Origin: Chiloscyllium plagiosum
Lineage: Eukaryota
DNA length: 41,393 nucleotides
Assembly (NCBI RefSeq): GCF_004010195.1
Contig: NC_057719.1
Coordinates: forward strand, 19,100,198 to 19,141,590
Direction of reading: 5' to 3'
Shown here: positions 1 through 11,315 of the stretch, in pieces
How the letters are laid out: each line of letters begins with the position of its first letter
Numbering within the stretch: position 1 is the stretch's first letter
Translations under genes and position numbers: made by a program
Notes under the pieces: generated by a model
Told to the model about the DNA's origin: nothing
What the model saw: only the letters and a program-made list of their open reading frames with translations
Database searches by the model: none

Positions 1-450
1 AAATTTACTTATCAATCCTCTTGCATTCCAGTCTAAATCACTTATAGATATCTTAAACACCAAGGGCCCTTGTGGAACTGGACAATGACTTCCAGTTGGA
101 AAACAACCTTTATCCATCACTTGCTGCCTCCTGCCACTCAGCCAGCAATTTGCTGAATTTCCTTGGATCTCATGGGCTATTACCTTCACTATCAGTCTCT
201 CATGCCAGTTCTTATTGGAAGCCTTGCTAAAGTTCAAGTAGACTACATCAAAGTCACTCTCCTCATGTGCACACCGGGATACCTCTTTGAAAAATTCAAT
301 CAAGTTTGTCAGACATGATCTCCCCTTAACAAGACCGTGCTGACTATTCTTGATTAATCCCTGCCTCTCCAAACACTGATTAATCTTATCCCTAGGAATT
401 GCATCCAATAGATTCTCCACCATTAGATGACTGTGCTGTAGTTTCCTGGT
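1..450 (-). mobile_element. Old CR1 LINE ORF2 (RT) fragment
   Basis: Minus-strand translation gives the CR1 RT motifs QHGLVKGRSCLTNLIEFFKEV and DVVYLNFSKA. Degraded, and cut by the window edge. Confidence 0.8.
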
Positions 451-781
451 TTAAATAAACCTGGATTTCCCTGCTGTATTTGACTTAACATTGAACCAGG
501 CCTTAGGCAACATCAAGAAGGTGGGAGGTGGGCCCTGTTTTACACATGGTTGAGTAAAGTCGTGTTCACCGGCAAGATTAATATCTTCACTATGTTTCAA
601 AACTGAGAAGAACAGGCTTAGCATTCAAATCCTAGCAAAGTGATGTGCACAAAATAAGGGTACTTTAAAACAAGAGGAAGAGCAGGTACCACATGGGAGG
701 AGAAAAAAAAAAGAAGCAGTGAACCTGCACAGTTGTCTGACCAGGCAGCGAACTTTCACAACGGACTGCCTGTGCTGTTTA

Positions 782-1140
782 ATTTATAAAATTATAAGGG
801 GCCTGGATAGGTTGAAGTCAGGGTCTTTTCACCAGAGTAGGGGAGTCCAAAACTGTAGGATATAGGTTTAAGATGAGAGAGGAACGATTTAAAAGGCAAT
901 TAGGAGCAACGTTTTCATGTGGAAGTTGGTGTGTGAGTGGAATGAGCTGCCAGAGGAAGTGGTGGAGGCCGGTACAATTGCAATATTTAAAAGGCATCTG
1001 GATGGGTACATGAATAGGAAAGGTTTACAGGGATATGGATAAAAATCCAGCCAAAGGAACTATATTAAATTAGAATATCTTGTTAGCATGGACCAGTTGG
1101 ATCGAAGGGTTTGTTTCTGTGCTGTACATCTCCATGATTA
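782..1140 (+). mobile_element. CR1/HER1 LINE 3' fragment
   Basis: ORF2 C-terminal remnant (YKIIRGLDR...WNELPEEVVEAGTIAIFKRHLDGYMNRKG) plus the 3' UTR GAAGGG..TGTTTC..TGCTGTACATCTC tail. Homologous to 32417-33182. Confidence 0.88.
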
Positions 1141-1284
1141 TCTCCTAGTTTTGCAGTGTTATAAAATGACCTTTTATATACCACTTGATAAGATACTCAA
1201 CTTTTCTAATTTTCACAATGCTTAGCATAGAAAATCAATGAAAACCATTTTGGAAAACTTTTATAGTGATTTTGAATTCAGAAT

Positions 1285-1883
1285 CATTAATGACTTGGAC
1301 TTAAATGTCGGAATGCGATCAAGAGGTTTGCAGATGTCAAGTAAATTTGTAATGTCCTAAACAGTGAGGAGAATGTGAACTGTGGGAGGATATCAATAAA
1401 ATATTCAGAGTAATGATAAATGGAAGTCACCTTTGAAATGCTCATCAGGCCAGAACTGGAGAAATGTTTGCAATTCTGGTCATTACATTATAGGAAAATA
1501 TTGATTGTATCGGGGTGGATGCAGAGGAGATTTACCAGTATGCTGCCAGGGCTGCAGGAATGCATTTTTTCCAAGATTAGTGGGATCAATAACCAGGGGC
1601 TTAGATTGAAGCTAAGAAATAGAAGGTAAGCAGGAAAGTTGAGAAGATTTTTTTCTGCCTGAGACACGTAGAAATCTTGAACTCATTGCCTGAAAGGGTG
1701 CATGAATCAGAAACTCTTAAAACCTTTAACCAGTGTTTACATATTCAGTGACATTGTCACAGCTTCCAGGACTATGGGATAAGAGCTGGGAAATGAGATT
1801 AGTACAGTTAGACCTTTATTGACTGGGCCATAATGGGCCAAATGGCCTCCTTCAGTCATGCAAATGTCTATGACTCCATGACT
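1285..1883 (+). mobile_element. Old, internally deleted CR1 LINE 3' fragment
   Basis: NDLD...FAD motif, LIRPELEKCLQFWS...MQRRFTSMLPGL (ORF track 1420-1629) and a GGGCCAAATGGCCTCC...TCTATGACT tail. Confidence 0.8.
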
Positions 1884-2221
1884 TAGTAATTGGCTGCATC
1901 CATTATCTAGTGCTCTGATATTTCTCTCTCTGGGTGTGAAGTATGATATACATCTGAGCTGCTATTATTATGATGGGAAAGAAATTTAGCTCACAGTCAT
2001 CCATTTGAGCTTGGAGTTAAGGTCCAGGGTGAGGGGGAGAGGCATTGAGAGTAGATGCTTTGGCTGCCCATTTGAAGGCCATTCTGTTGTCATATTTTGA
2101 AAGGCCTCGAAATAGTTAGGGATAAGGTTGTTTTGTTAGGCACAGCATGGCCCTATTTTGCTTGAAAGACTTAGTAAATGTGCCAAACCTAAGTGTATCA
2201 GATTAATAAGTCATCCTTAAA

Positions 2222-2404
2222 GAGTCAGAAGTCACGCAACATCAGGTTATAGTCCAACAGGTCTATTTGAAATCACAAGCTTTCGGAGCGCTGCTTCTTC
2301 ATCAGGTGAAATGATCCGATATCTAGTTGGACTATAACCTGGTGTTGTGCAACTTATGACTTTGTCCATCCCAGTCCAACACTGATACCTCCACATCATG
2401 GCTA
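2222..2404. mobile_element. Penelope-like short insertion (family A) with inverted arms
   Basis: Arm GTCAGAAGTCACGCAACATCAGGTTATAGTCCAAC pairs with GTTGGACTATAACCTGGTGTTGTGCAACTTATGAC. Same family as 16822-17208 and 30003-30203. Confidence 0.75.
2273..2309 (-). ncRNA. Minimal type I hammerhead ribozyme motif
   Basis: Minus strand reads UCAC-CUGAUGA-A-GAAGC-AGC-GCUCC-GAAA-GCUU-GUGA: intact core boxes, 4-bp stem I, stem II with one mismatch, palindromic AGCU stem III, CUU cleavage triplet. Confidence 0.7.
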
Positions 2405-2639
2405 CCAATATTGCACTGGGAAAAAGGAGAGGGAAAAATAATCAGGCTTCTTTCTCCAGATCGCTTTCTGGTGATTTCCTGCTTGAAAGTGTGCATTAGA
2501 AAAGGATATCTTCCACATGATTGTTATGTGATTCCTCTCATATTAGAATTAGTGTGCATAAAGTCCAGATTCACTTATGCAATATTGTCACGCAGGAGGC
2601 TCCCAGAGCCTTTAGATCACTAGGCCTTGCAGAAACCGT

Positions 2640-2951
2640 GGGTAGCACGGTGGCACAGTGGTTAGCACTGCTGCCTCACAGTGCCAGAGACCCAGGTTCA
2701 ATTCCCGACTCAGGTGACTCTCGGTGTGGTGTTTGCACATTCTCCCCGTGTCTGTGTGGGTTTCCTCTGGGTGCTCCAGTTTCCTCCCACAATCCAAGTA
2801 AATGTGCAGGTTAGGTGAATTGGCCATGTTAAATTGCCCGTAGTGTTAGGTGAAGGGGTAAATGTAGGGGAATGGTTGTGCTTCGGTGGGTCAGTATGGA
2901 CTTGTTGGGCCGAAGGGCCTGTTTCCACACTGTAAATAATCTAACAAAAAA
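2640..2951 (+). mobile_element. HE1-type tRNA-derived SINE (V-SINE)
   Basis: A box TGGCACAGTGG, B box GGTTCAATTCC, V-domain (TTTGCACATTCTCCCCGTGTCTG..GGGTTTCCTC), CR1-type tail GGGCCGAAGGGCCTGTTTCCACACTGTA. Imperfect TSD AAACCGT/AAACAGT (2633-2639, 2952-2958). Confidence 0.92.
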
Positions 2952-3013
2952 AAACAGTTCTTTCAAGGCAGAAAAGTTTCATCTCTTTGTTGGAACAACC
3001 ACTGACAGCTTGT

Positions 3014-3130
3014 TAAAAAAAGCCAAAAGAACTGCAGATGCTGTAAATTAGAAAATCTCAGCAGGTCTGGCAGTATCTGTGGAGAGAACCCAGAGTTAAC
3101 GTTTTGAATATAGTAACCCTTCCTCAGAAC
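3014..3130 (-). mobile_element. Penelope-like 3' fragment (family C) with degenerate hammerhead at 3095-3130
   Basis: Minus strand reads GTT-CTGAGGA-AGGGTTACTATATTC-AAAAC-GTT-AAC then CAGACCTGCTGAGATTTT...CAGCATCTGCAGTTCTTTT. TSD ACAGCTTGT/ACAGTTTGT (3005-3013, 3129-3137). Confidence 0.7.
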
Positions 3131-3171
3131 AGTTTGTGATTGGGTCGAGTGATACAACCAATCATCCTTTC

Positions 3172-3468
3172 TGTACTGGGCCCAAGGGCCTGTTTGACAA
3201 AGAAGTCAAAGTACTCATGAATCTGAACACAAGAGGCACTTTTATTTAGCAACAGGGTTGCCATTTTTTTACATGATAGCCATATGTGCAAGTTATATTG
3301 GCTAGTTTGGGTGCAATGACAAAAAATATCAGGACCCAGAGATGACACATCTGACCTCATCAGGTTCTGTAGCTGGACTCTTTATTTTGTAACAGGCACT
3401 GAGTGATTAGATAGAGCCAAATACAATCTCTAATGCTGACTCTTTCAGAACCAATACCTTATAAAACA
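3172..3468 (-). mobile_element. Possible 3' LTR of the adjacent Gypsy element
   Basis: TG...CA ends, purine-rich GGTGGAAGA immediately 5' on the minus strand, and AATAAA about 70 nt from the minus-strand end. No partner LTR recognised. Confidence 0.3.
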
Positions 3469-3469
3469 T

Positions 3470-5863
3470 CTTCCACCAGGTTTTACTTCACAGTTAACAT
3501 TTAACACATTGTTATTCTCAATCTGCTGACATACATCTGTGCTGAAGCATGTAAACACTATTACTTCAAGACCGGAAATGTTTTGATATTTGCTGTTACT
3601 TGATCTCTCCTCAAATCATGAACTTCAAAATTCAAGTCACGCGGAGGTTTAAAATTTATCCAGAATGCATTCATTTCAGACTTGAAGGAATGATAGGTCT
3701 TTAGCTTCAGGACTATTGATTTTGTGCCAATAATGTCTCCATTGTAGGATCTTTGCTCCTGTGGGTGTCCTTTGCAGCAGATCCATTCATGCTAAACCAA
3801 TAGTTGGCTCATCACCTTGTCTGGAGGATCCTTGATCTCCTGAATTCCCTTCACAAACAAATTACTTCCTGTTCACTCAAGTAATTATCCCATAAAGTCA
3901 TCTGTAGGATTTTTCATCTCATGAAAGTCCATCATGTAAGACAGCTATGCTTGTTGAAACAAAAAACTGTTTGTTTTTAGTTTCCCGGATTTTCAGATCA
4001 GACGATTTCTTCTTCTTGACCACATGCTGAATGGTCTGTCTTCGGTCACATGCAGCCCATCTTCATTTTATTCAAACACACCTTTATTCTCTATCTGCTG
4101 ATACACCTGTGTTGAAGTAAGTAAGCACTCTAACTTGTTGAGTAGTTTGGGCATTTTCATTTACCCTCCATGAATTTTGTCTTGGCAAGCGAAACATTTT
4201 CACAATCTTCATCATGGCAGAAAGGATTGCTGTTTATTTAGCTTTATTTCTGTCACAGGTACTGATAATTCTTCTTTAAAAGATAAAGGATTGGAATGTT
4301 TTTGTGCTTATGTTGAATCATCGTCTGGCATTAAAATCAAATCTGCGGTATCAATTTGTTCAGTGTACACTTTTGCTGTCTGAGCAACTTCAGTAAAAGA
4401 TTCATCAATGTGCTCAGCTGGGTTATATAGCTCATTCTTGTTCTCAGTGTCTGCTTTTTCTGGCAAACTTTGTTGTTTTTTGTCTTCTGAGTTTTCCTCA
4501 GCAATGACAGGAATGCAAAATATTTTTCAGTTTGCCAGTTCTGTAAAGTCATAATCTTCCTGCCTGTTAACAATTCTCTTTTGTCAACATAAGTAATGTC
4601 AGTAGATCTTTCTTCTTTTGAGTTCTGTCATGAGTCTGGGAGACCCAATGAAATCTTCCATCTATTGCCTCTTCATCAGCTTGTTGACAATGGTGTATTT
4701 TTGAGCAAGTTCTTCTCTTGAAATAAGTCAAACTCCTTTTGCTACACAAAAACTATATGTGAAAGCTCAAAAATGATGTGTTGATTGTGAATGAGGCACA
4801 CATTTTCAACTCTCTCACATTCTTTGTCTTGAAGTTTTACTTGTAGTATACCTTTACCCTTGGGGGTTATTCTACCTCGACCATGTTGCTTTATCTCTGT
4901 AGGCTATAACTTCTGTTTCTATAGCCATTGTATCTAATTTGAAAATACATGGACGCCCATTCCTGTATCAAGCTTAAAATGAATGAGATGTCCTTTGTCA
5001 TAAATAAGTTCCATGCAATTCACATTGATTGGACTATTAATTTCCCTTAGCAATTCTTCCAGTATACTTTCGAGTGGAATCGCTGCTATTGCATTGATCT
5101 CTTTGTATATGTAGGTAATTGACTTTTTGCTGCAGTTTGAAACCAAACTCTACTTCTGCACACCTCCCGGAAGTAAGCTATAATTTTACTGATGAAAAAT
5201 TATTTTATCATAGCTGTAGGCTGTTTTGTTCCACAATACTGACATGAGCTATTTGTATCTGTTGTTTGGCCTCTTTGTATTTTGTATGTCTATGGAGTGT
5301 TAATACCTCATAACATGGATAACCTCTTTCTTCTCATGATTTGTTTGTGAGTCTTCCTGGCTCTGCTACTAGCACAATTTAATAGCTTTCTCCAATGCTA
5401 TATTTTCTTTAGACTATAATAAATATGACAAAGTCTTATCAATTACACAAACACAATGCTGTCTCTTCTGAATTCTGATTCCAAAGCCCCATTTATGTCT
5501 AGAGGTCATGAATTTCTTTGTTCTTGGAATAGAGTAAGTCTTTCAAAATGTTAAACCTTCTGGATGTAGGTTTGCTCGCTGTTCAGAACCTCAACCTGAG
5601 CTACAAATCTTCTGAATACTCGCTAATGTTAAACTTCTTTTGAAGTATTTGTGCCTTCTTATATATTTTGGAAATTTACAATGTCCTCCTCTATAAGTTC
5701 TATTGAATACAATTGTTACTTAACTTCTCAGCTTGAGATTCAATATTTAATTTTGCAATAATTCTGTACCTTAAGAATAGTTTTCTCCAAGATGTCCATC
5801 ATTTATTCTCTTTGGCTCAACGTTTATATTGAATCTTTGAGGTGAAATTGACTCTTCCATCAT
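3470..5863 (-). mobile_element. Decayed Ty3/Gypsy LTR retrotransposon internal region (gag-pro-RT, probably IN remnants)
   Basis: Minus-strand motifs in canonical order: gag WTSWRKLFLRYRIIAKL and GALESEFRRDSIV...IALEKAIKLC, Zn-knuckle CQYCG...VCRS, protease FKLDTG (ORF 4934-5146), RT HWVS...KKKDLLTLLMLTKEN and KYF. Many stops, frameshifts and deletions. Confidence 0.85.
5557..5624. mobile_element. 68-bp insertion, Penelope-like terminal fragment, inside Gypsy gag
   Basis: Flanked by a perfect 10-bp direct repeat AATGTTAAAC (5547-5556, 5625-5634). The sequence resembles a shark Penelope terminus with a 5'-inverted part (family call from recall). Confidence 0.6.
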
Positions 5864-6229
5864 TGCTTCTTAATGTGATAATTTATTCTTAATACTATAA
5901 AGCTGTTTTACATTTGCAACATCTTAGTCCTGTTTATAACCTCTTGGACTTTAGTCTTGAAGTATCTAAACACTATTTCCATTGTTTAAAATTGCTTCAA
6001 ACCTTAAATGGTGTGTTATAGTAATACTGTATTGTTTTCTTTCTAATAATGTTTAAATTCTGTTAACTAGCAATACTGTATCTCTGTACTGCTTGCTTAA
6101 GCTTTTCATATCATTTGACAATCAAAATTATGATTTATCACCTTCTGCAAGCAAAATGGATGTTTTCCCACTGCAGCTTGGATGGAGGTTTCCTACTTCT
6201 CTACAGGTGAAGTGGATGTTCTTCCTGTC

Positions 6230-6350
6230 TATCATGGCCTAATATGCATGCACTTTGTATGATATGATCTGCCTGGACTCTACTCAAAATAATACTTTTC
6301 ACTGAAAGTAAATATATCTGACAATAATAAATCCAATCAAATAAAATCAT
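6230..6350 (+). mobile_element. LINE 3' UTR tail (Rex1/L2-like)
   Basis: ACTTTTCACTG...TGACAATAATAAATC with an (AATC)-like tail. Similar to the minus-strand tail at 34420-34485. Confidence 0.45.
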
Positions 6351-6985
6351 ATCAAATAAGTGCCCGTGGCTGCAGTCTTAATAAATCTTAATCAAATCTG
6401 CAGTTTAAATTAATAATTTCCCAATCATGCCAAAATCCTAAAATTCTTCTAAGTTTCTTTCCCTATCAGTCTGCTTTTTCTAAATCTTTTAAATTGCACT
6501 TTTACCAACTTAAGTTCTTAACATTCCTGATGCTGCTGCCTTGGTATAAATGAATTTACTGGCCTTTGACTTCAGTAATATGGCTATACTTCCTTGTAAG
6601 CACTTGTGAGTTGGTGATGTTTCTTGTGAACAGTAAGTTCACCTTTTTTATCTCTGTCCTTCCCAGCACAGTCCTTTGAGTCATTAATTTAACAGGCAAC
6701 GTTCTTTAACTTTATTCCTGGTGTTCTGAAATGGTTGATCCCATGCCAAACCACAAATTGGGACTACCCCTTTAGACATTTCTAGTCTCAGGATTTGATC
6801 TGCAAAGTGTGACTCATCTTTCAACTCTGTTCCTAGCCCACACTGTCTTTCCTGTGACCCTTAAGGTGAAGGTCACAGCGTGGAATATTGGTATTGACCT
6901 GCTGTTCTTCCTAGGAGTTCCACTAACTACTTAGCTGCTCACCTGCTGCTGACTCACTGAATAATCGCAAAGCAACAATTGGCAA

Positions 6986-7303
6986 ATTAGATTAGATTAG
7001 ATTAGATTAGATTACAGTGTGGAAACAGGCCCTGCGGGCCAACAAGTCCACACCGACCCGCCAAAGCGCAACCCACCCATACATTTACCCCTTACCTAAC
7101 ACTACGGGAAATTTAGCATGGCCAATTCACCTGACCTGCACATCTTTGGACTGTGGGAGGAAACCGGAGCACCCGAAGGAAACCCACGCAGACACGGGGA
7201 GAACGTGCAAACTCTACACAGTCAGTTGCCTGAGGTGGGAATTGAACCCGGGTCTCTGGCGCTGTGAGGCAGCAGTGCTAACCGTTGTGCCACCGTGCCA
7301 CCC
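6986..7303 (-). mobile_element. HE1-type SINE, full length
   Basis: Reverse-complement near-copy of 13785-14100, with a (CTAAT)5 tail at 6986-7010. Confidence 0.93.
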
Positions 7304-7439
7304 ATCTATTCGCTATCTTTTAAAGATTTGTCTTGACGGACTTTTTTTTGACTGTTACTGCCTTGAGGTACTGAAAGGTAGAAACATGACTGGTGTACGG
7401 GGACACCCAGGTCTCATTGGATCTCCCCATTTTTCAATC

Positions 7440-8600
7440 TGTCACCATTCAGTTCATTATCTGCCTGCCTTTTTGGAACCAAAGTGGATAACCTGACATT
7501 TATCCACATTATACTGCATCAGTCATGTACTTACTTAACTTGTTCAAATCACACTGAAACACTTCTGCATCCTCCTCCCAGCATATCCTCCCAACCAACC
7601 TCGTGTCATCAGAAAATGTGGAGATATGGCATGTTTATTCCTCATCTAAGTCAGCAATATGTATCATGAACAGATGGATCCAAGCACTGACACCTCACTA
7701 GTTACTGTCTGCCACTTGGAAAAATATTTATTTTTTCCGAATGTTTGCTTTCAGTCTGCCAACTAATCCTCAATCTATTTCAGTCCATGACCCCCAATCC
7801 CAGTTTATATGCTGATCTCAAATGTGGGATCTTATCAAAAGTCACATCCATTGGCTCCCCACTCTACCATTTACATCCTCAAAACATTTCAGCAGATTTG
7901 TCAAGCACAGTTTCCCCTTTGTAAATCCATGCTGAGTCTGTCAGATCTTGCCACGATCTTCCAGAGTTCTACTATTACAACTTTTATAATGAACTGTAAC
8001 ATTTTTTCCATTTCCAATGGCAAGGTAACTTATCTATAGTTTGTTGATTCTCCTGTGCCTCTCTTCTTAAATAATGGGGTCACATCAGCTACACTCCCAC
8101 CCATAGGAACAGTTCCAGAGTGTATAGAATTTTAGAAGATGACTACTAGCGCATTTACTATTTCTAGGGCCACTTCTTTAAGTACTTTGAGATAAAGCTA
8201 ATCACGCCCTGGGGATTTATTTATCTTTAATCCTGTTAGTTGATTCAATACATTTTCCCTTCTCATATTAATTTCTTTCAATTTCTCCTTCCCATTAGAC
8301 TCTGTGTTCCTGTATTTTTGTGATGTTATTTGTTATAAATTATAAACTCCCTTGTTTCTGACTGAAGGGGACGTCTGTTCATTTTTACTAATCTTTATCT
8401 CTTCACATACCTGTGAAAGCTTTTATTATAAGTTTGTATGTTCCCTGCAAGAGTTTTCTCATACTCTATTTTTCCTGTATTAATCAACGTCGTTGCGTCC
8501 CTTGGCTGAAATCTAAACTGTTTCCAATCCCATTTTGGTCAATATGCTTGTCTTTCCCATGGATGTGATACTTTCCATAATTTTTATTGTTAAACAAGTA
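7440..8600 (-). mobile_element. Old CR1 LINE ORF2 fragment
   Basis: Degraded minus-strand motifs (KSPGRD, GKLCLTNLLKCFEDVN, WMQYNVDKCQVIHFGSK). Boundaries approximate. Confidence 0.75.
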
Positions 8601-9521
8601 TCTGACTGCTGATTGTCATATTATGTGCTTGCTGAATCAAGCACTTTTATTTGGGATGGAATGTTTCCACCAATCCTGGGTCTAGGAGCACGTTTATGAA
8701 ATAGTGATAGAGGCATAGTGATGTAATGCAACAGGTATTCACTTTTTAAGTGACAATTGCATGATAGCGTTAGGTATAAATTCAATTGGCTGGTTAGGCA
8801 TACTTACAAAGCCTATCAGGGACCAGAGGTAACACTTGACGTCATTGGGATTAAGAGCTGTACCATTCTTTTCACAACCCACCTGGGAAATGATCACATT
8901 GGATGGAGCTGAAAACAATTGCCAACACTAACTCCTTCAGAACTATTACCTTCTACAACAGAACAAACTTTAAATAATCTTGATTGTAGGAAGGAGGCAG
9001 AATTTGATTCTGGTAATCATCTAATATTGTTCATCATAAATATTTCACTGTTGCATCTTGTGCAACTTCATCAGACTTTTGCTCAGTGATCAGCTCCTCT
9101 CCTGACTATATATGTGTCTCTATTTACGTTACGTACCTTATTTGAGAAAGCACACAAAGTTTGAAATGAAGGTTTTGGCTGAATCAGTGATGAAACATTG
9201 GCCCTTTACAGATTTAATATTTCACTAAGTAATGACTGTGAAAGATACTTGCAGACTGATCCATCAATCAAACAAGATGACAAATCAACATCAAATGTTA
9301 AATGTCAAGTATATTAACTATTTCAGGAATGTTATATTGGTCAAGACTACATGAACATGAGTGCTGGTAACAATCAATAGATTTTACACGGTAATGTTCT
9401 ATGCTCAAGCCTGGATAATCCTAATGATGCAATTACAACAGTTCATAAAAGGTGCAGTGCAAGGAAGGACAGACAACTAAGCTGCACAAACCTGACTACT
9501 TCAGTGTTGCAATTCGATTTC

Positions 9522-9960
9522 ATAGAACATAGAACATAGAAGAATACAGCGCAGTACAGGCCCTTTGGCCCTCGATGTTGCGCCGATCCAAGCCCACCTA
9601 ACCTATACTAACCCACTATCCTCCATATACCTATCCAATTCCCGCTTAAATGCCCATAAAGAGGGGGAGTCCACCACTGCTACTGGCAGGGCATTCTATG
9701 AACTTACGACTCGCTGAGTGAAGGACCTACCCCTAACATCAGTCCTATATCTACTCCCCCTTAATTTAAAGCTATGCCCCCTTGTAATACCCGACTCCAT
9801 ACGCGGGAAAAGGTTCACACTGTCAGCCCTATCTAACCCCCTAATCATCTTGTACACCTCAGTCAAGTCACCCCTAAACCTTCTTTTCTCTAATGAAAAC
9901 AGCCCCAAGTGTCTCAGTCTTTCCTCATACGATCTTCCTTCCATACCAGGCAACATCCTG
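9522..9960 (-). mobile_element. Young 5'-truncated CR1 LINE
   Basis: Open ORF2 C-terminus RMLPGMEGRSYEERLRHLGLFSLEKRRFRGDLTEVYKMIRGLDR, (TTCTATG)n tail, TSD GATTTC (9516-9521, 9960-9965). Confidence 0.93.
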
Positions 9961-9988
9961 ATTTCCTGAAACAATCTTATTAATGGTT

Positions 9989-10358
9989 ACGAAACCTGTT
10001 GATCTTCCAGCTGAAGGAGTTGACCTTGACTGAGTGTTGCAGACTGGCACATTCCAAGGTCCAGGAGAACATGTTGAGGGACGCACTGAAGCTCGGGGCA
10101 GCTGCCGCCAAGGCGTGGTGGGGAAAGACCACCATGTAACATCTGCCTGTCTAAGAAGCACAGGGGACCTATGCAGTCATTTGGGCTCCGCTGACGCCTC
10201 AGCAGAAGAGCTGGATAATGTACAGACTTGTATATAGGAAAAATAAATTTTGATGTCTAAATGTAAAGAAATGTAATGTGTGCACAAGAGTGACATGACC
10301 AATTGTATAGAGATCCAAATAATTTTATGAATAAAGTATATTTCTGAAATAAAAAAAA
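9989..10358 (+). mobile_element. 5'-truncated Tx1/L1-clade LINE with poly(A) tail
   Basis: 9990-10139 encodes RNLLIFQLKELTLTECCRLAHSKVQENMLRDALKLGAAAAKAWWGKTTM*, a Tx1-type ORF2 C-terminus. AATAAA, A-tail at 10351-10358, perfect 8-bp TSD TAATGGTT (9981-9988, 10359-10366). Confidence 0.85.
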
Positions 10359-10499
10359 TAATGGTTCCCAACAAAGTTGAATGTTCCACTCAAGCTAAGA
10401 TCGTACAGCTTTCATCAATAACTATGATATTATAATTGAAGAATTATAATTACCAGCTTCTTTCTAGTGAGTATGTGGAGTACACGTCATCTGTAGTCA

Positions 10500-10652
10500 A
10501 AAGGTGTAGCACTGGAAAAGCACAGCCGGTTAGGCAGCATCCGAGGAGCAGGAGAGTCAATGTTTCGGGCATAAGTCCTTCATCAGGAATGTGGGGGGAG
10601 CCCAAGGGGGCTGAGCGATAAATGGGAGGGGGGATGTGGGGCTGGGGGGAAG
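10500..10652 (-). mobile_element. Penelope-like fragment (family B) with hammerhead motif at 10554-10590
   Basis: Minus strand reads ATTC-CTGATGA-AGGAC-TTAT-GCCC-GAAAC-ATT-GACT. 15-bp TSD with 2 mismatches CGTCATCTGTAGTCA/CATCATCTGTCGTCA (10485-10499, 10653-10667). Confidence 0.75.
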
Positions 10653-10674
10653 CATCATCTGTCGTCAGGACTTT

Positions 10675-10752
10675 GAAACATAGGAAATAGGAACAGGATT
10701 AAGCCATTCAGCCCTTTGAGCCTGCTCCACCATTCAATATGATCATGGCTGA
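10675..10752 (-). mobile_element. CR1 3' tail fragment
   Basis: CATAGGAAATAGGAACAGGA...GCCATTCAGCCC...CCTGCTCCACCATTCAATATGATCATGGCTGA is the reverse complement of the tail type seen at 23355-23430. Confidence 0.75.
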
Positions 10753-10880
10753 CAAAGTAATTTTGTCAGTGTGAAATAGTTGATTCTGTGGTCTTCAGGT
10801 GACTTAAAGGAGTGGACTAATACCAGATGTGGCGATGTCTTTCTCCAAGATACATCTTTCACTTTATTAAAATTAAACAC

Positions 10881-11315
10881 CATAAGAATCAGGATCAGAA
10901 GTAGGTAATTTAGCCCCTCCAGCCTGTTCCAGCTTTTAATATGATCATGACATCTAATTTCTGCCTCAACCCCACTCTCCTGTCTGCTCCCCTGCAACCC
11001 GTTACTAATTAAAAATCTATTTTCTCCTTAAATTTATTCAGTATCCTGACACCCACCAAACCATGCGTAGTGAATTTCACAGATTAATGACCCTTTGAGA
11101 GAAGTAAGTTATTTTCATCTCTGTTTTAAATCTGCCTAAAATGATGAACTCTCGTTCTAGATTGCTTCACAAAGGGAAATACCCACTCCACGTGTATTTT
11201 GTCAATGCCGTTTGGCATCTTGTAAACCTCAATTACAGATCTCTTCTCATTTTTCTAAACCTGAACTAGTATCAGGCCTAACCTACCAAATCTCTCCTCA
11301 TAAGTCAAGCCTTCA
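10881..11315 (-). mobile_element. Older CR1 3' fragment
   Basis: Same tail type, followed by a degraded ORF2 C-terminus. Confidence 0.75.

Noticed and set aside
7017..7496. 159-aa ORF, and similar ORFs at 2521-2928 and 13742-14077
   Set aside because: These are read-throughs of HE1 SINE sequence. Their mutual similarity reflects the repeat, not a gene family.
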